Assembly: GCA_902571955.1 (NCBI GenBank)
Contig: CACGDZ010000004.1
Coordinates: 13,568 to 77,567, forward strand
Direction: 5' to 3'
Length of the DNA stretch: 64,000 nucleotides
Source: an uncultured Pelagibacteraceae bacterium
Lineage (GTDB): Bacteria; Pseudomonadota; Alphaproteobacteria; Pelagibacterales; Pelagibacteraceae
Part shown: positions 17,455 to 27,145 of the stretch, piece by piece
How positions within the stretch are numbered: the first letter of the stretch is position 1
How the letters are laid out: each line of letters opens with the position of its first letter
Notes under the pieces: generated by a model
What the model saw: only the letters and a program-made list of their open reading frames with translations
Database searches by the model: none
Told to the model about the DNA's origin: nothing
Program-made: the position numbers and the translations under genes

Positions 17455-18805
17455 AGAATTTGACTATACTAAAGTACAACATGTTACCTCTGTTGATCAG
17501 TCTGATCGAGAAGTACCATACAATTTAAGACAAAGTGGGCCAACTAAAGTTGAATTATTAATTTCAACAAGGGTAAGAAAGTCACCTTATTGGCATTTAT
17601 CGATGCAGGCAGGTTGTTGGAGAGCAACTGTATACAATCGAATTTATCATCCAAGAGGTTACGTAAAACCTGAAGATGGTGGAGCAATGGTTGAGTATGA
17701 TGCAATCGTTAACCATGTAACAATGTGGAATGTTGCTGTTGAAAGACAAATAAGAGTTAAAGGACCAGATGCAGAAAAATTTACTGACTATGTTATAACA
17801 AGAGATGCAACAAAAATTTCTCCTATGAGAGCAAGATATGTAATTTTGTGTAATGCTTATGGTGGAGTTTTAAATGATCCAATTCTTTTAAGAATTGCTA
17901 AAGATGAATTTTGGTTTTCACTATCAGACTCTGATATTGGAATGTATTTACAAGGTGTAAATGCAGATGGAAGATTTAATTGCACAATTGAAGAAATCGA
18001 TGCGTGTCCAGTACAAATTCAAGGTCCTAAATCAAAAGCTTTAATGCAGGACCTTTGTGGAGACCAAGTTGATTTTGATAACATGCCTTTCTATGGATTA
18101 GCAGAGGCAAAAGTTGGTGGAAGAAGTTGTATAATTTCTCAATCTGGTTTTTCAGGAGAAGCTGGTTACGAGATATATTTAAGAAATGCAACTTTATATG
18201 CTGAAGATATGTGGAATGCAGTATTAGATGCAGGAAAAAAACATAATTTGATGGTTATTGCACCTGCACACCATAGAAGAATTCAAGCTGGAATTCTTTC
18301 TTGGGGACAAGATATGGATCAACAACATAATCCGTTTCAATGTAATTTAGGTTATCAAGTTTCATTATCTGGTAAGGGTGAATGGAATAAAAAAGCTGAT
18401 TATGTTGGTAAAAATGCTTTAGAGAAAATGAAAGAAGACATAAAAGCTGGAAAAAAACCATATAAACTTCAATTAGTTGGAATGGAGTTAGGCGGTAAAC
18501 CAATTGATGATTATGCACCAGACTTTTGGTTAGTATCACCGGAAAGTGGTGGAGATCCAGTTGGATTTATTACTTCACCATGGTGGCATCCAGAAAAGAA
18601 AACCAATATTGCTATGGGATATGTTCCATTTGACGGAACTTTAAACCATAATGGATTTCCAAAAAATAAAGTTGGAACTAAGTTTAAAGTTCATCTTCCA
18701 GAAAAATACTCAGACACACCAGGAACACCTGTAGATGCTGTAGTTGTGGATATTCCATTCAAAGAGTCTTTCAACGCAAATACAAGAGAAGTTGTAAAAG
18801 GCTAA
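17447..18805 (+). CDS. GcvT-family THF-dependent aminomethyltransferase/demethylase
   Basis: RVRKSPY, WNVAVERQI, LNDPILL and SGFSGEAGYEI motifs; overlaps the metF stop. Confidence 0.85.
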   Translation: MSKEFDYTKVQHVTSVDQSDREVPYNLRQSGPTKVELLISTRVRKSPYWHLSMQAGCWRATVYNRIYHPRGYVKPEDGGAMVEYDAIVNHVTMWNVAVERQIRVKGPDAEKFTDYVITRDATKISPMRARYVILCNAYGGVLNDPILLRIAKDEFWFSLSDSDIGMYLQGVNADGRFNCTIEEIDACPVQIQGPKSKALMQDLCGDQVDFDNMPFYGLAEAKVGGRSCIISQSGFSGEAGYEIYLRNATLYAEDMWNAVLDAGKKHNLMVIAPAHHRRIQAGILSWGQDMDQQHNPFQCNLGYQVSLSGKGEWNKKADYVGKNALEKMKEDIKAGKKPYKLQLVGMELGGKPIDDYAPDFWLVSPESGGDPVGFITSPWWHPEKKTNIAMGYVPFDGTLNHNGFPKNKVGTKFKVHLPEKYSDTPGTPVDAVVVDIPFKESFNANTREVVKG

Positions 18806-18814
18806 TATTTTATG

Positions 18815-18841
18815 GGGGAGCTAAGTTTAGCTCCCCTTTTT
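18815..18841 (+). terminator. Rho-independent terminator
   Basis: GGGGAGCTAA-GT-TTAGCTCCCC followed by TTTTT. Confidence 0.85.
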
Positions 18842-18847
18842 AACGAA

Positions 18848-18958
18848 ATGACCAAAAGTTTTTTAATAGCAGTTTGCATTATTATTGCTATTGCTTTAAT
18901 AATATTTCCATTAATTGTTTCTTATAGAGCTCAAAAAGATAAAAACAAAAAAAAATAA
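18848..18958 (+). CDS. 36-aa single-TM microprotein (not in ORF track)
   Basis: MTKSFLIAVCIIIAIALIIFPLIVSYRAQKDKNKKK; TAATG overlap with the next gene. Confidence 0.6.
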   Translation: MTKSFLIAVCIIIAIALIIFPLIVSYRAQKDKNKKK

Positions 18959-19503
18959 TGTTTGCTGAATTTTTAAATATAATTTTTAAGTCAATAAAAT
19001 TAGACAAAACTCTTTATTCAGATAATAAAAATTTTGGAGAAGCATCAATTTACTTTGCTGGGATTATAATGATCCTAGATGGTATCGCTGGAGCGGTAGC
19101 AGCAAATACGATTATTAAAACAGCTATCGCAATGTCTGGACTAACTGCAATAATTACTTGGCTTATATGGGCAATTTTTATTTTTGTAATTGGAGTAAAA
19201 TTATTTCCTGATAAACAAACTAAAGTTTCTTTCAAAAAAGTTTTAACAGCAGTTGGTTTCGCACATGCCCCTGGATTGTTAAGATTTTTCGCTGTAACAC
19301 CAGATTTAATGATACCAATAATTTTTCTTACTCAGTTTTGGATTTTTGCAGGTTTAATAATTTCAACAAAACAAATACTAAGTTTAAAATCTAATTTTAA
19401 ATCATTTGGTATTGTGCTTCTGTCTTTTTTAATTATTGCATTTTTATCTATCTCATTTGTGATGAGCAGAATGAATATGCTTCCAGTTAGTCAAATCAGT
19501 TAA
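18958..19503 (+). CDS. YIP1-like integral membrane protein
   Basis: About five TM segments; GFAHAPG motif. Confidence 0.65.
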   Translation: MFAEFLNIIFKSIKLDKTLYSDNKNFGEASIYFAGIIMILDGIAGAVAANTIIKTAIAMSGLTAIITWLIWAIFIFVIGVKLFPDKQTKVSFKKVLTAVGFAHAPGLLRFFAVTPDLMIPIIFLTQFWIFAGLIISTKQILSLKSNFKSFGIVLLSFLIIAFLSISFVMSRMNMLPVSQIS

Positions 19504-19667
19504 AGTGGAAAAATCGTCTTAGATACTTTACAAGATTTACATAATTTAAATCCAGTAAGAATTAAATTTTGAGTGACACTCTCATCTTCCTCTTTGCATT
19601 CATCACAAATATTGTTTAATTCTTCAGTATCTGTGTTAACATATTTTTCATCAGTTTTATCAGTCAT
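19500..19667 (-). CDS. 55-aa CxxC-x18-CxxC microprotein (not in ORF track)
   Basis: MTDKTDEKYVNTDTEELNNICDECKEEDESVTQNLILTGFKLCKSCKVSKTIFPL; ATGACTGA overlap with the upstream stop; fills the gap exactly. Confidence 0.65.
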   Translation of the reverse strand: MTDKTDEKYVNTDTEELNNICDECKEEDESVTQNLILTGFKLCKSCKVSKTIFPL

Positions 19668-20271
19668 TATCAGTCAAACCAGCACCTGCTGCACCTTTTT
19701 TTAAACTGTCGCTTTCTTCAACAAAAGTTTCTTCAGATAACTTGTATAAATTATTCCACTCATCATCTGTAAAGTTATCTTCATTTTCTAGTAGATTTAA
19801 CTCAATTGTATTCACTAATTTTGGAAATTCTTGTTCAATAAAATTTGAACTAATATTTACATTTAAATTTAGTAAAATTTTTTTTTCATCCATTTTTACA
19901 TAAATTTTTTTTCCAATAATTTCTGATGAACGACTTATAAAGGAAATAAAAATTATTGGATAAGCAACATTTTTAAATTGAATTTTTTTTAAATGTTCTA
20001 AAGTATTTATTTGATCTAAAAAACTAACACCTAAAGTAATTGGACAGTAAGGATTTTTTGATGAAGAGTTACTTTCACTAATTAAATTTAAATTTTCAAA
20101 TTTACTTTTTTTTTTTTCATTAAAATATTCATTAAGGTGCTTAATACCCGGTAAACTAAATAACTCTAACAACCTTATACTTTTTCCTGTTTCCTCAGAA
20201 ACTCCCCAAGAATATCCTGCTGCCTTTGAAGCTCTTTTAACAGTAGTTTCAATTTCACTCAGTGATTTCAT
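19660..20271 (-). CDS. DUF3726-like protein
   Basis: SLSEI...KRA..A.GYSWG..EE N-terminus; C-terminal GAGAGL.DND-like (GAAGAGLTDND). Confidence 0.7.
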   Translation of the reverse strand: MKSLSEIETTVKRASKAAGYSWGVSEETGKSIRLLELFSLPGIKHLNEYFNEKKKSKFENLNLISESNSSSKNPYCPITLGVSFLDQINTLEHLKKIQFKNVAYPIIFISFISRSSEIIGKKIYVKMDEKKILLNLNVNISSNFIEQEFPKLVNTIELNLLENEDNFTDDEWNNLYKLSEETFVEESDSLKKGAAGAGLTDND

Positions 20272-20273
20272 TA

Positions 20274-21935
20274 TTAAATATTTGTTTTATATACCCACTG
20301 CTCGTCATAACTTTTTAACTCATTTGGAAGTGGAGCACCTTGGAACATGCAAATTCTTAACCATTTGTCAGATCGTGGATCAAATTTTAATGCCCCAAAA
20401 AATGATAATTTTAGTCTTAGCATATCAATTGGCATTAAATCTTTACCAATTGTATTATCTTGTATTTCTGAATAAGGAAATTTTTCTACAATGAACGCTC
20501 TTCTTACAACATGTCTTAACTCAGAATTTGATGTTAAAAACTCAGCAATAGTTAAACTATTTTTTGAGACTAATAATTTGTCATAAAGTTTTTTTATATC
20601 TCTTGCTATTGCTAAAGGTTGTTCTAATTCTGATCCATGTTCTTCAAAACGATCCGCCAATCTAGGTTCCTCTTTGTTTTTTGAAATAAACCAAAAGTTT
20701 TTATTATTTTCTTTTTCTTCAAAATTAATATCTAAAATATTAGGATACTTTGCTTCAATGATGTTGCGTAATTCCTCAACTTTTCTATAAGTTGGAATAT
20801 TAAAATATTTTTCTTCCTCTGAACTCATTTCTTTTACCAAAGGATTTATAATATCGTTATAAGGTTCCATCATTATTGACACAATGTATTCAATACATTC
20901 CTCACAAGTATTGTCCTCTAACCATTGATAGATTTTGTTAAAAGGATATTCGCTCTTAAAATTAAAATCTTTATCAATAAAATTTAAGAATTTTTCAACA
21001 TCCTTTAATAATGAAGAAATTTTTTTTTGCTGATATTCGCTATCAGTATTCCAGCTTGTAATATTTTTTAATGATTTTTTTATACAATCTGTAAATAGAT
21101 CTCTATCTTCACCTTTTACATTTTTGATTTCTCTAATTTTTTTAAGTGCTTTTTCTCTACTTAAAATCCAATTATTTAATAGAGTTGGATGATTGACTAT
21201 AAATGGAGCCATACCCAGGCCTGTGGAATTACCTATTCCCAAGTTTTTACAAATATTATCATCTAGCTTAACAGCTATTTTTGGATTTTTATGATAAGCA
21301 ACATGATTAACTTGATCAAAAGTAAATTGTCTTACCAAATAAACCAACATCATTTCTAATCTGAATGGACCATTAATTTCTTCACGATTTTTAATTCTGA
21401 ATCGATCTGCAAGACCAAATTTGCCTGAGCCATATACTGCTGTAGTCCTATATAAATAGCCTACTTTAGATAATAAGTTTAAATCTGGCTGCTTACCTTT
21501 GCTCAAACTTTCAACTACATGATTATAAATTCTTACTGATTTGTTTGCTCTCGATAAAGTTAATTCTTTATAAGAAAGTCTGCCAACTTCTTGTTTTGGA
21601 ACTTCATTTTTTAATCTTTCAATGTCTTTTTTTGTAGGAACTCCATCATGTAATGTAAAAGCTGCATCCCATTTTGTTGCAATAACTCTGTCTGATCTTT
21701 CTTCATCTTTGATTTCATTTGCAAAACAAATTAAAGAATAAACTCTTTTATTTTTTTTAAATGAATAAACAGCTTCTCCAAAACCATTTTCATTTAAATT
21801 AAATAAATCTCTCTTATACTCCCACTCTTTAAATTCATTAAGAAAACTTCTTAAAAAAGATAATTTTGATTGATGAAAAGATCCTAGCCTTGATAATTTC
21901 ATTATCTTATTCGGGTCTCTTAATTCAACTTTCAT
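20274..21935 (-). CDS. Conserved hypothetical protein (553 aa)
   Basis: Long ORF with conserved-looking motifs RSDRVIA..WD, TTAVYGSGKFG, GIGNSTGLGMAPF and KFDPRSD.W.RI.MFQGAP. Confidence 0.8.
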   Translation of the reverse strand: MKVELRDPNKIMKLSRLGSFHQSKLSFLRSFLNEFKEWEYKRDLFNLNENGFGEAVYSFKKNKRVYSLICFANEIKDEERSDRVIATKWDAAFTLHDGVPTKKDIERLKNEVPKQEVGRLSYKELTLSRANKSVRIYNHVVESLSKGKQPDLNLLSKVGYLYRTTAVYGSGKFGLADRFRIKNREEINGPFRLEMMLVYLVRQFTFDQVNHVAYHKNPKIAVKLDDNICKNLGIGNSTGLGMAPFIVNHPTLLNNWILSREKALKKIREIKNVKGEDRDLFTDCIKKSLKNITSWNTDSEYQQKKISSLLKDVEKFLNFIDKDFNFKSEYPFNKIYQWLEDNTCEECIEYIVSIMMEPYNDIINPLVKEMSSEEEKYFNIPTYRKVEELRNIIEAKYPNILDINFEEKENNKNFWFISKNKEEPRLADRFEEHGSELEQPLAIARDIKKLYDKLLVSKNSLTIAEFLTSNSELRHVVRRAFIVEKFPYSEIQDNTIGKDLMPIDMLRLKLSFFGALKFDPRSDKWLRICMFQGAPLPNELKSYDEQWVYKTNI

Positions 21936-21937
21936 AA

Positions 21938-22903
21938 TTAAATTGTTTTATAAAAATTGTACCAGTTATTTCCAAGTATTCCATGTGTCTCGGTATCTGA
22001 AAAACCTGCTTTTTTTAGACCTTTTTTAATATTTGAGAACCCTCTTGCATCAGGAAACCATTCAGGTTGTTTAGGAAAACCTGGTTTATTTTTCGAACCT
22101 TCACCATAATTTTTACTTTTAGACCAAGAACCATTTCTCATCCATTCAACAACAGAGTCTGGATGATCTAAACAAAGATCTGATCCTATTCCTATTTTTT
22201 TTACATCCATTATTTCAGCTGTTTTTGCCACCATTTCACAAAAACTATCTATAGTACAATTTGTGTTATCTTTTAAGTGATGAGGGTATAATGATAAACC
22301 CAACATGCCACCACTATCACTCAAAATTTTTAATAAATCTGAGGATTTATTTCTTTTAGCTGGATGCCAAAAAGAAGGATTGGCATGAGTAATCGCTATT
22401 GGTTTTTCACTGAATTCGATTGCATCTAGAGTACTTTTTTCTGCGGAATGTGACATGTCTACCACGAGGCCAACTCTATTCATTTCTCTTATAACCTCAC
22501 GTCCAAAATTTGTAACTCCGCTATCTACTTTTTCATAACAACCTGTTGCTAGCAAAGACTGGTTATTATAAGTAAGTTGCATAAATCTGCATCCTAATTG
22601 ATGAACCTTTTCAACAAGATTTATGTCATCTTCAATTGGTGAACAGTTTTGAAAACCAAAAAATATTGCAGTTTTGTTTTCTTTATTAGCTTTATCAATA
22701 TCCTGAAAATTCTTACCAAGAAAAATTAAATCAGAATTTTCTTGAAATAATTTTTCCCATTTTTTTATTTCCAGTTGAAATTCATCAAAATCTTCATGGT
22801 AGACAATAGTAACATGTACGGCATCTAATCCAGCAGATCTATTGATCTCAAAGATTTTCCTAGACCAATTACAATATTGAAGATTGTCAATTTTATAATT
22901 CAT
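21938..22903 (-). CDS. Membrane (renal) dipeptidase M19-family amidohydrolase
   Basis: QLTYN, DMSH, ITHAN, GIGSD and LGNNW motifs; ATG at 22903 preferred over the TTG at 22924. Confidence 0.85.
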   Translation of the reverse strand: MNYKIDNLQYCNWSRKIFEINRSAGLDAVHVTIVYHEDFDEFQLEIKKWEKLFQENSDLIFLGKNFQDIDKANKENKTAIFFGFQNCSPIEDDINLVEKVHQLGCRFMQLTYNNQSLLATGCYEKVDSGVTNFGREVIREMNRVGLVVDMSHSAEKSTLDAIEFSEKPIAITHANPSFWHPAKRNKSSDLLKILSDSGGMLGLSLYPHHLKDNTNCTIDSFCEMVAKTAEIMDVKKIGIGSDLCLDHPDSVVEWMRNGSWSKSKNYGEGSKNKPGFPKQPEWFPDARGFSNIKKGLKKAGFSDTETHGILGNNWYNFYKTI

Positions 22904-22997
22904 AGTATGCTTAACTCTAATCAATATGTATTTTAAATACTATTAATTTTATTGAAATTTTAAATTAATTTTGAAATAAACAGATTGATCAATTTTC

Positions 22998-23489
22998 ATG
23001 AAAAAAAATATTAAATTAAAAGTTTCAATCATAATGGGAAGTCAATCTGACCATAAAGTAATGAAACTAGCCGAAAAAACCTTAAAAAAAATTGGAGTTT
23101 CATTTGAAACAAAAATTATATCTGCTCACAGAACACCACAAAGAATGTATGAATATGCTGCAAAAGTTGAGCAAAATAATATAGGAGTAATTATTGCAGG
23201 TGCTGGAGGATCTGCTCATCTTCCAGGTATGGTATCAGCACTTACACATGTGCCAGTACTTGGTGTTCCTGTTGAAAGTAAAAAACTTAGAGGTTTGGAT
23301 AGTTTGTTATCAATTGCACAAATGCCTAAAGGAATTCCTGTAGGAACGCTTGCTATAGGAGAGGACGGTGCTATTAATGCTGCTTTATTAGCAGCAGCAA
23401 TAATTGCTAATCAAAATACAAATGTTCGAAAAAAACTTAAAAATTTTAGAACATCACAAACTAAATCTGTAAAGAAATCTCCAAAATAA
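22998..23489 (+). CDS. purE: N5-CAIR mutase
   Basis: MGSQSD, SAHRTP, GAGGSAHLPG and GLDSLLS.AQMP motifs. Confidence 0.97.
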   Translation: MKKNIKLKVSIIMGSQSDHKVMKLAEKTLKKIGVSFETKIISAHRTPQRMYEYAAKVEQNNIGVIIAGAGGSAHLPGMVSALTHVPVLGVPVESKKLRGLDSLLSIAQMPKGIPVGTLAIGEDGAINAALLAAAIIANQNTNVRKKLKNFRTSQTKSVKKSPK

Positions 23490-23490
23490 A

Positions 23491-24537
23491 ATGTCAGAAA
23501 TTACTCTTGGTATCATTGGGGGTGGTCAACTTGGAAGTATGCTTGCAATAGCAGCTAAAAAATTAAATGTTAAAACTGTTGTTTTTTGTGATGATATAGA
23601 TGCGCCAGCACAAAATTTTTGTAATCAATTTGTTCATGGAAGTTATGATAATAACGAAAAAATAAAAGAATTTATAAGTCAAGTTGATTTGGTCACTTTC
23701 GAATTTGAAAATATTCCTTTTGAAACATTAAATGAAATAAATAAATTTAAACCTGTTTTGCCAAAACCTTCAGTTAACAGATTAATTCAACATCGATTGG
23801 CTGAAAAAGATTTTGTTAATAATTTAAATATTAGAACAACAAGATATGTTTCAATTGAAAAAAAATCTGACATAGATGCTTTAGAAGATTTTTTACCAGG
23901 AATCCTTAAAACAACAACACTTGGGTATGATGGCAAAGGTCAATATCCAATTAAATCAGGCAATGAACTTAATTCATTGAATATTGATTTTTCAAAAGGA
24001 TATATTCTTGAAAAACTTGTTAAATTAAAAAAAGAGATTTCAATTATAATTACAAGGTTTAGTAATAATAAATATGAAATTTATGAACCAATAGAAAATT
24101 CGCACGAAGATCAAATTTTAAAATATTCAAAAATACCTGCCGAGATTAATGAAAAGATTTTTAATCAATCTAAAGATTGGGCAATGCTAATTGCTGAAGA
24201 GCTTAAATATGTAGGAACTTTATGTGTAGAATTTTTTATTGACAGAAATGATAATCTCTATGTTAATGAGATTGCACCTAGAGTACATAACTCAGGACAT
24301 TTAACAATAAATGCCTTTAATGTGAGTCAATTTGAAAATCATGTAAGAGCTGTATGTGGTTTAGAGCAAATTACTTTAAAAAAAATATCTAATGCTAAAA
24401 TGATGAATTTGCTTGGCAATCAAATTACTCATTATAGAAATATACAAAAGTTTAATGAAAATGAATTTTTCTTTGATTATTTAAAAAAAGATATAAAAGA
24501 AAAAAGAAAAATGGGTCACATCACAACTTTAGTATAA
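23491..24537 (+). CDS. purK: N5-CAIR synthetase
   Basis: GGGQLG, TFEFEN, GYDGKGQ, NEIAPRVHNSGH and RKMGH motifs. Confidence 0.97.
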   Translation: MSEITLGIIGGGQLGSMLAIAAKKLNVKTVVFCDDIDAPAQNFCNQFVHGSYDNNEKIKEFISQVDLVTFEFENIPFETLNEINKFKPVLPKPSVNRLIQHRLAEKDFVNNLNIRTTRYVSIEKKSDIDALEDFLPGILKTTTLGYDGKGQYPIKSGNELNSLNIDFSKGYILEKLVKLKKEISIIITRFSNNKYEIYEPIENSHEDQILKYSKIPAEINEKIFNQSKDWAMLIAEELKYVGTLCVEFFIDRNDNLYVNEIAPRVHNSGHLTINAFNVSQFENHVRAVCGLEQITLKKISNAKMMNLLGNQITHYRNIQKFNENEFFFDYLKKDIKEKRKMGHITTLV

Positions 24538-25005
24538 ATGTTAAAATCAATAGAAGGCAATTTTGATAATCCTGAAGTTAATGAGCTTCTTACTAAACAT
24601 TTTGTTGAGCTTAGAGCCGCTTCTCCAGAGGGAAGTGCTCACGTCCTAGATATTCCAGGTTTAAAAGTACCATCAATTAAATTTTGGAGTTTATGGGATA
24701 ATGAAAAACTAATTGGTTGTGGTGCTTTAAAATTTTTGGATAAAGAACACGGAGAGTTTAAATCTATAAGAATTCACAATAATTTTAGAATGCAAGGCAA
24801 AGGGATTAATGTAATCAATCATTTAATTAATGAAGCTAAAAAGCTTAAAATAAAAAGATTAAGTATTGAAACAGGAGCAGGTGATTTTTTTATACCAGCA
24901 AGAAAACTCTTCAAAAAAACCGGCTTCACAGTATGCGAACCTTTTGCACACTATAAAGAAGACATCAATTCCGTTTATTTAACTATGCTTATTGACGATA
25001 TTTAA
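24538..25005 (+). CDS. GNAT N-acetyltransferase (YedL-like)
   Basis: SP..S.H.LD, GCGALK, GE.KS and LSIETG motifs. Confidence 0.85.
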   Translation: MLKSIEGNFDNPEVNELLTKHFVELRAASPEGSAHVLDIPGLKVPSIKFWSLWDNEKLIGCGALKFLDKEHGEFKSIRIHNNFRMQGKGINVINHLINEAKKLKIKRLSIETGAGDFFIPARKLFKKTGFTVCEPFAHYKEDINSVYLTMLIDDI

Positions 25006-25121
25006 AAAATTATTTTAATTATTGATCTATTTTGTTGACAAAACCCAATAAAATCTAAAGAAAGCGAATATTACTTAATTATAAGTAATAATTAAACATA
25101 ACAAAAAGTAAGAAGATAAAT

Positions 25122-25328
25122 ATGAGTCTACAAGGTAAAGTAAAGTGGTTCAATCCAACCAAAGGTTTTGGTTTTATTGAAAGAGAAGATAAAGAAAAAG
25201 ATGTGTTTGTACATGTTTCAGCAGTAAGAGATGCTGGTATGAACGGTTTAGATGAGGGTCAAGCTTTGACTTTCGATGTTGAAGATGGTCCTAAAGGTCC
25301 TTCAGCAGTTAACTTAAAAACTGCATAA
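25122..25328 (+). CDS. Cold-shock protein (CspA family)
   Basis: GKVKWFN..KGFGFI and DVFVH (RNP1/RNP2). Confidence 0.97.
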   Translation: MSLQGKVKWFNPTKGFGFIEREDKEKDVFVHVSAVRDAGMNGLDEGQALTFDVEDGPKGPSAVNLKTA

Positions 25329-25341
25329 TTTCACAACTTCC

Positions 25342-25392
25342 TATTGGCTGAAAAATTTATTTAGCTTTAATAAATTTATTATTCAGCCAATA
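25342..25392. terminator. Long stem-loop downstream of the csp gene
   Basis: TATTGGCTGAA/TTCAGCCAATA outer stem plus AAATTTATT/AATAAATTT inner stem. Confidence 0.6.
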
Positions 25393-25475
25393 CCTTATTT
25401 AAATTTAATAACAATCTTTAAACACAATTATTAATTATAGATTTAAGATAAAAAATTAATAAATTAATCAAATAT

Positions 25476-26222
25476 ATGATTGGAATTTTAGGTGGAATGG
25501 GAACTCAAGCAGGTCTTGATTTTTGTAACAAACTTGCAGTTTTGAATAGAGGAAAAATTGATCAAGAGTATCCATTATTTATTCTTTATAATAAATCAAA
25601 TATTCCTGGAAGACCTGAGTCTATTGGCTCTCAAACTAAAAATCTTTCAGACAAATCTACAAATAAATCAAGTAGAGCAAAATATAAGAAAGTTTTAAAG
25701 AGTTTGCTTAAAGGCTGTAAACTTTTGGAAAAGAATAAATGTAAATTTATAGTTATACCTTGTAATACAGCTCATTATTGGTTCGATGATTTGCAGGATA
25801 AAATTAATATTCCGATTATCAATATGCCAAAAGAAGTTTTCAAATTTACAAAAAAAAAATGTAAGAAAAACTCCAAAGTTGGACTTTTAGCAACTGAGGG
25901 TACTCTTAAAACTGGAGTTTATAAAAAATTTTTTGAAAAAGATTATCAATTAATTGAGCCATCTCAAAAAATACAAAAATTGTCAGTTAATAAAGCAATT
26001 AAATTAGTTAAAATGGGTAATGTAAAGGCAGCAGCAAAAGCAATTAAACCTGCAATTGATTCCTTGATTAAAATGAATTGTAAAAAAATCATTTTAGGTT
26101 GTACAGAGCTCCCTATTGCAATTTTTGCATTTAAATCATTTAAAAATGTTAAATCCTCAAAAGTTTTCTTGGATCCTAACTTAATTTTGGCTCATTCAGC
26201 CATGGTTAAGCATAAAAACTAG
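25476..26222 (+). CDS. Aspartate/glutamate racemase family protein
   Basis: GILGGMG, PCNTAH and LGCTELP (two catalytic Cys). Confidence 0.9.
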   Translation: MIGILGGMGTQAGLDFCNKLAVLNRGKIDQEYPLFILYNKSNIPGRPESIGSQTKNLSDKSTNKSSRAKYKKVLKSLLKGCKLLEKNKCKFIVIPCNTAHYWFDDLQDKINIPIINMPKEVFKFTKKKCKKNSKVGLLATEGTLKTGVYKKFFEKDYQLIEPSQKIQKLSVNKAIKLVKMGNVKAAAKAIKPAIDSLIKMNCKKIILGCTELPIAIFAFKSFKNVKSSKVFLDPNLILAHSAMVKHKN

Positions 26223-26225
26223 TTT

Positions 26226-26666
26226 ATGTCTAACAAGACTGAAAAGCCATATGTGTTGAGAGCTGCTGAATTTGTTTATTCAAATATAATTCAAATTAAA
26301 AAACAAAATCCTGAAATCAATAATATACAAGCTTTTGAAATTTTTATGACTTCTAAGGAATATGACATTTTAAGTTCTGGAGAATTTCATGATAAATGGT
26401 TTTTAGAACTTAAGAATAATAAATTTATTGACCAAATAACTAAAAAAGAAATAAATCAAGAAACTTTAAGACTTTTAGAACTACAAAAAGATTCTATGGT
26501 AAAATTTTTAATGAAGATACCAAAGCTTTATTATACTAAGAGTCATTTTCCACTAGAAATTTCACAAAGAGCTTTTGATCACTTGTGGAGGGTTTGTGAA
26601 AGCTATGAAATGTGGTGTAAAGAAACTAAACAAGAGAACTTAATATATCTTAATATTATTGAGTAA
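26226..26666 (+). CDS. Hypothetical protein
   Basis: 146-aa ORF starting 3 nt after the racemase stop; no recognised motif. Confidence 0.6.
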   Translation: MSNKTEKPYVLRAAEFVYSNIIQIKKQNPEINNIQAFEIFMTSKEYDILSSGEFHDKWFLELKNNKFIDQITKKEINQETLRLLELQKDSMVKFLMKIPKLYYTKSHFPLEISQRAFDHLWRVCESYEMWCKETKQENLIYLNIIE

Positions 26667-27042
26667 TATTACTTATATTAAGTATTGATCTAGTAACCTC
26701 TATTCGCTTTTTAAGCAGTTTTTGTAAATTTTGATTATCTAGTTTTTGTCTAGTCATTTTAATTCTTGTTTCGATTAATTGTCTTAAATCTTCATCAAAT
26801 GAATTTTTTTTTATTTTTATATCTGTTTCTTCGATCAACGTTTCTTTAATTAAAGCTAAAGAATTCTTTCCAGTTTCTTTCTCTATACGTTGATTAACTA
26901 TAAATTGTGCACTAGCTTTATAGATATTACCTGAAGTAAGAGCAGTTACACCTGGGCCAACAAATGAAAGAATAGGCACAAAGCCTGTCAATAAGAAGAA
27001 AGACAGAATAATTGATAAAATTCGAAACAATTTAAACTTCAT
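26656..27042 (-). CDS. Hypothetical membrane-anchored protein
   Basis: Hydrophobic N-terminus; duplicated C-terminal helix (LRQLIETRIKMTR / LQKLLKKRIEVTR). Confidence 0.6.
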   Translation of the reverse strand: MKFKLFRILSIILSFFLLTGFVPILSFVGPGVTALTSGNIYKASAQFIVNQRIEKETGKNSLALIKETLIEETDIKIKKNSFDEDLRQLIETRIKMTRQKLDNQNLQKLLKKRIEVTRSILNISNITQ

Positions 27043-27145
27043 GGTTGAACCTTAGGTGATTTGGTATTTCATTTCCACTTCTAATTTGTTCATAATAGGT
27101 ACCGATTTGTTTGATTTTATTTGATTTATTTGTTTATTAAACAAG

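Noticed and set aside
17447-18805. Calling this dmdA or glycine-cleavage gcvT
   Set aside because: It is longer than either with an N-terminal extension, and no gcvH or gcvP is adjacent.
27043-27145. Short GATTT(G/A)TTT repeats and a 13-codon minus-strand uORF
   Set aside because: Low-complexity AT-rich sequence with no independent support.
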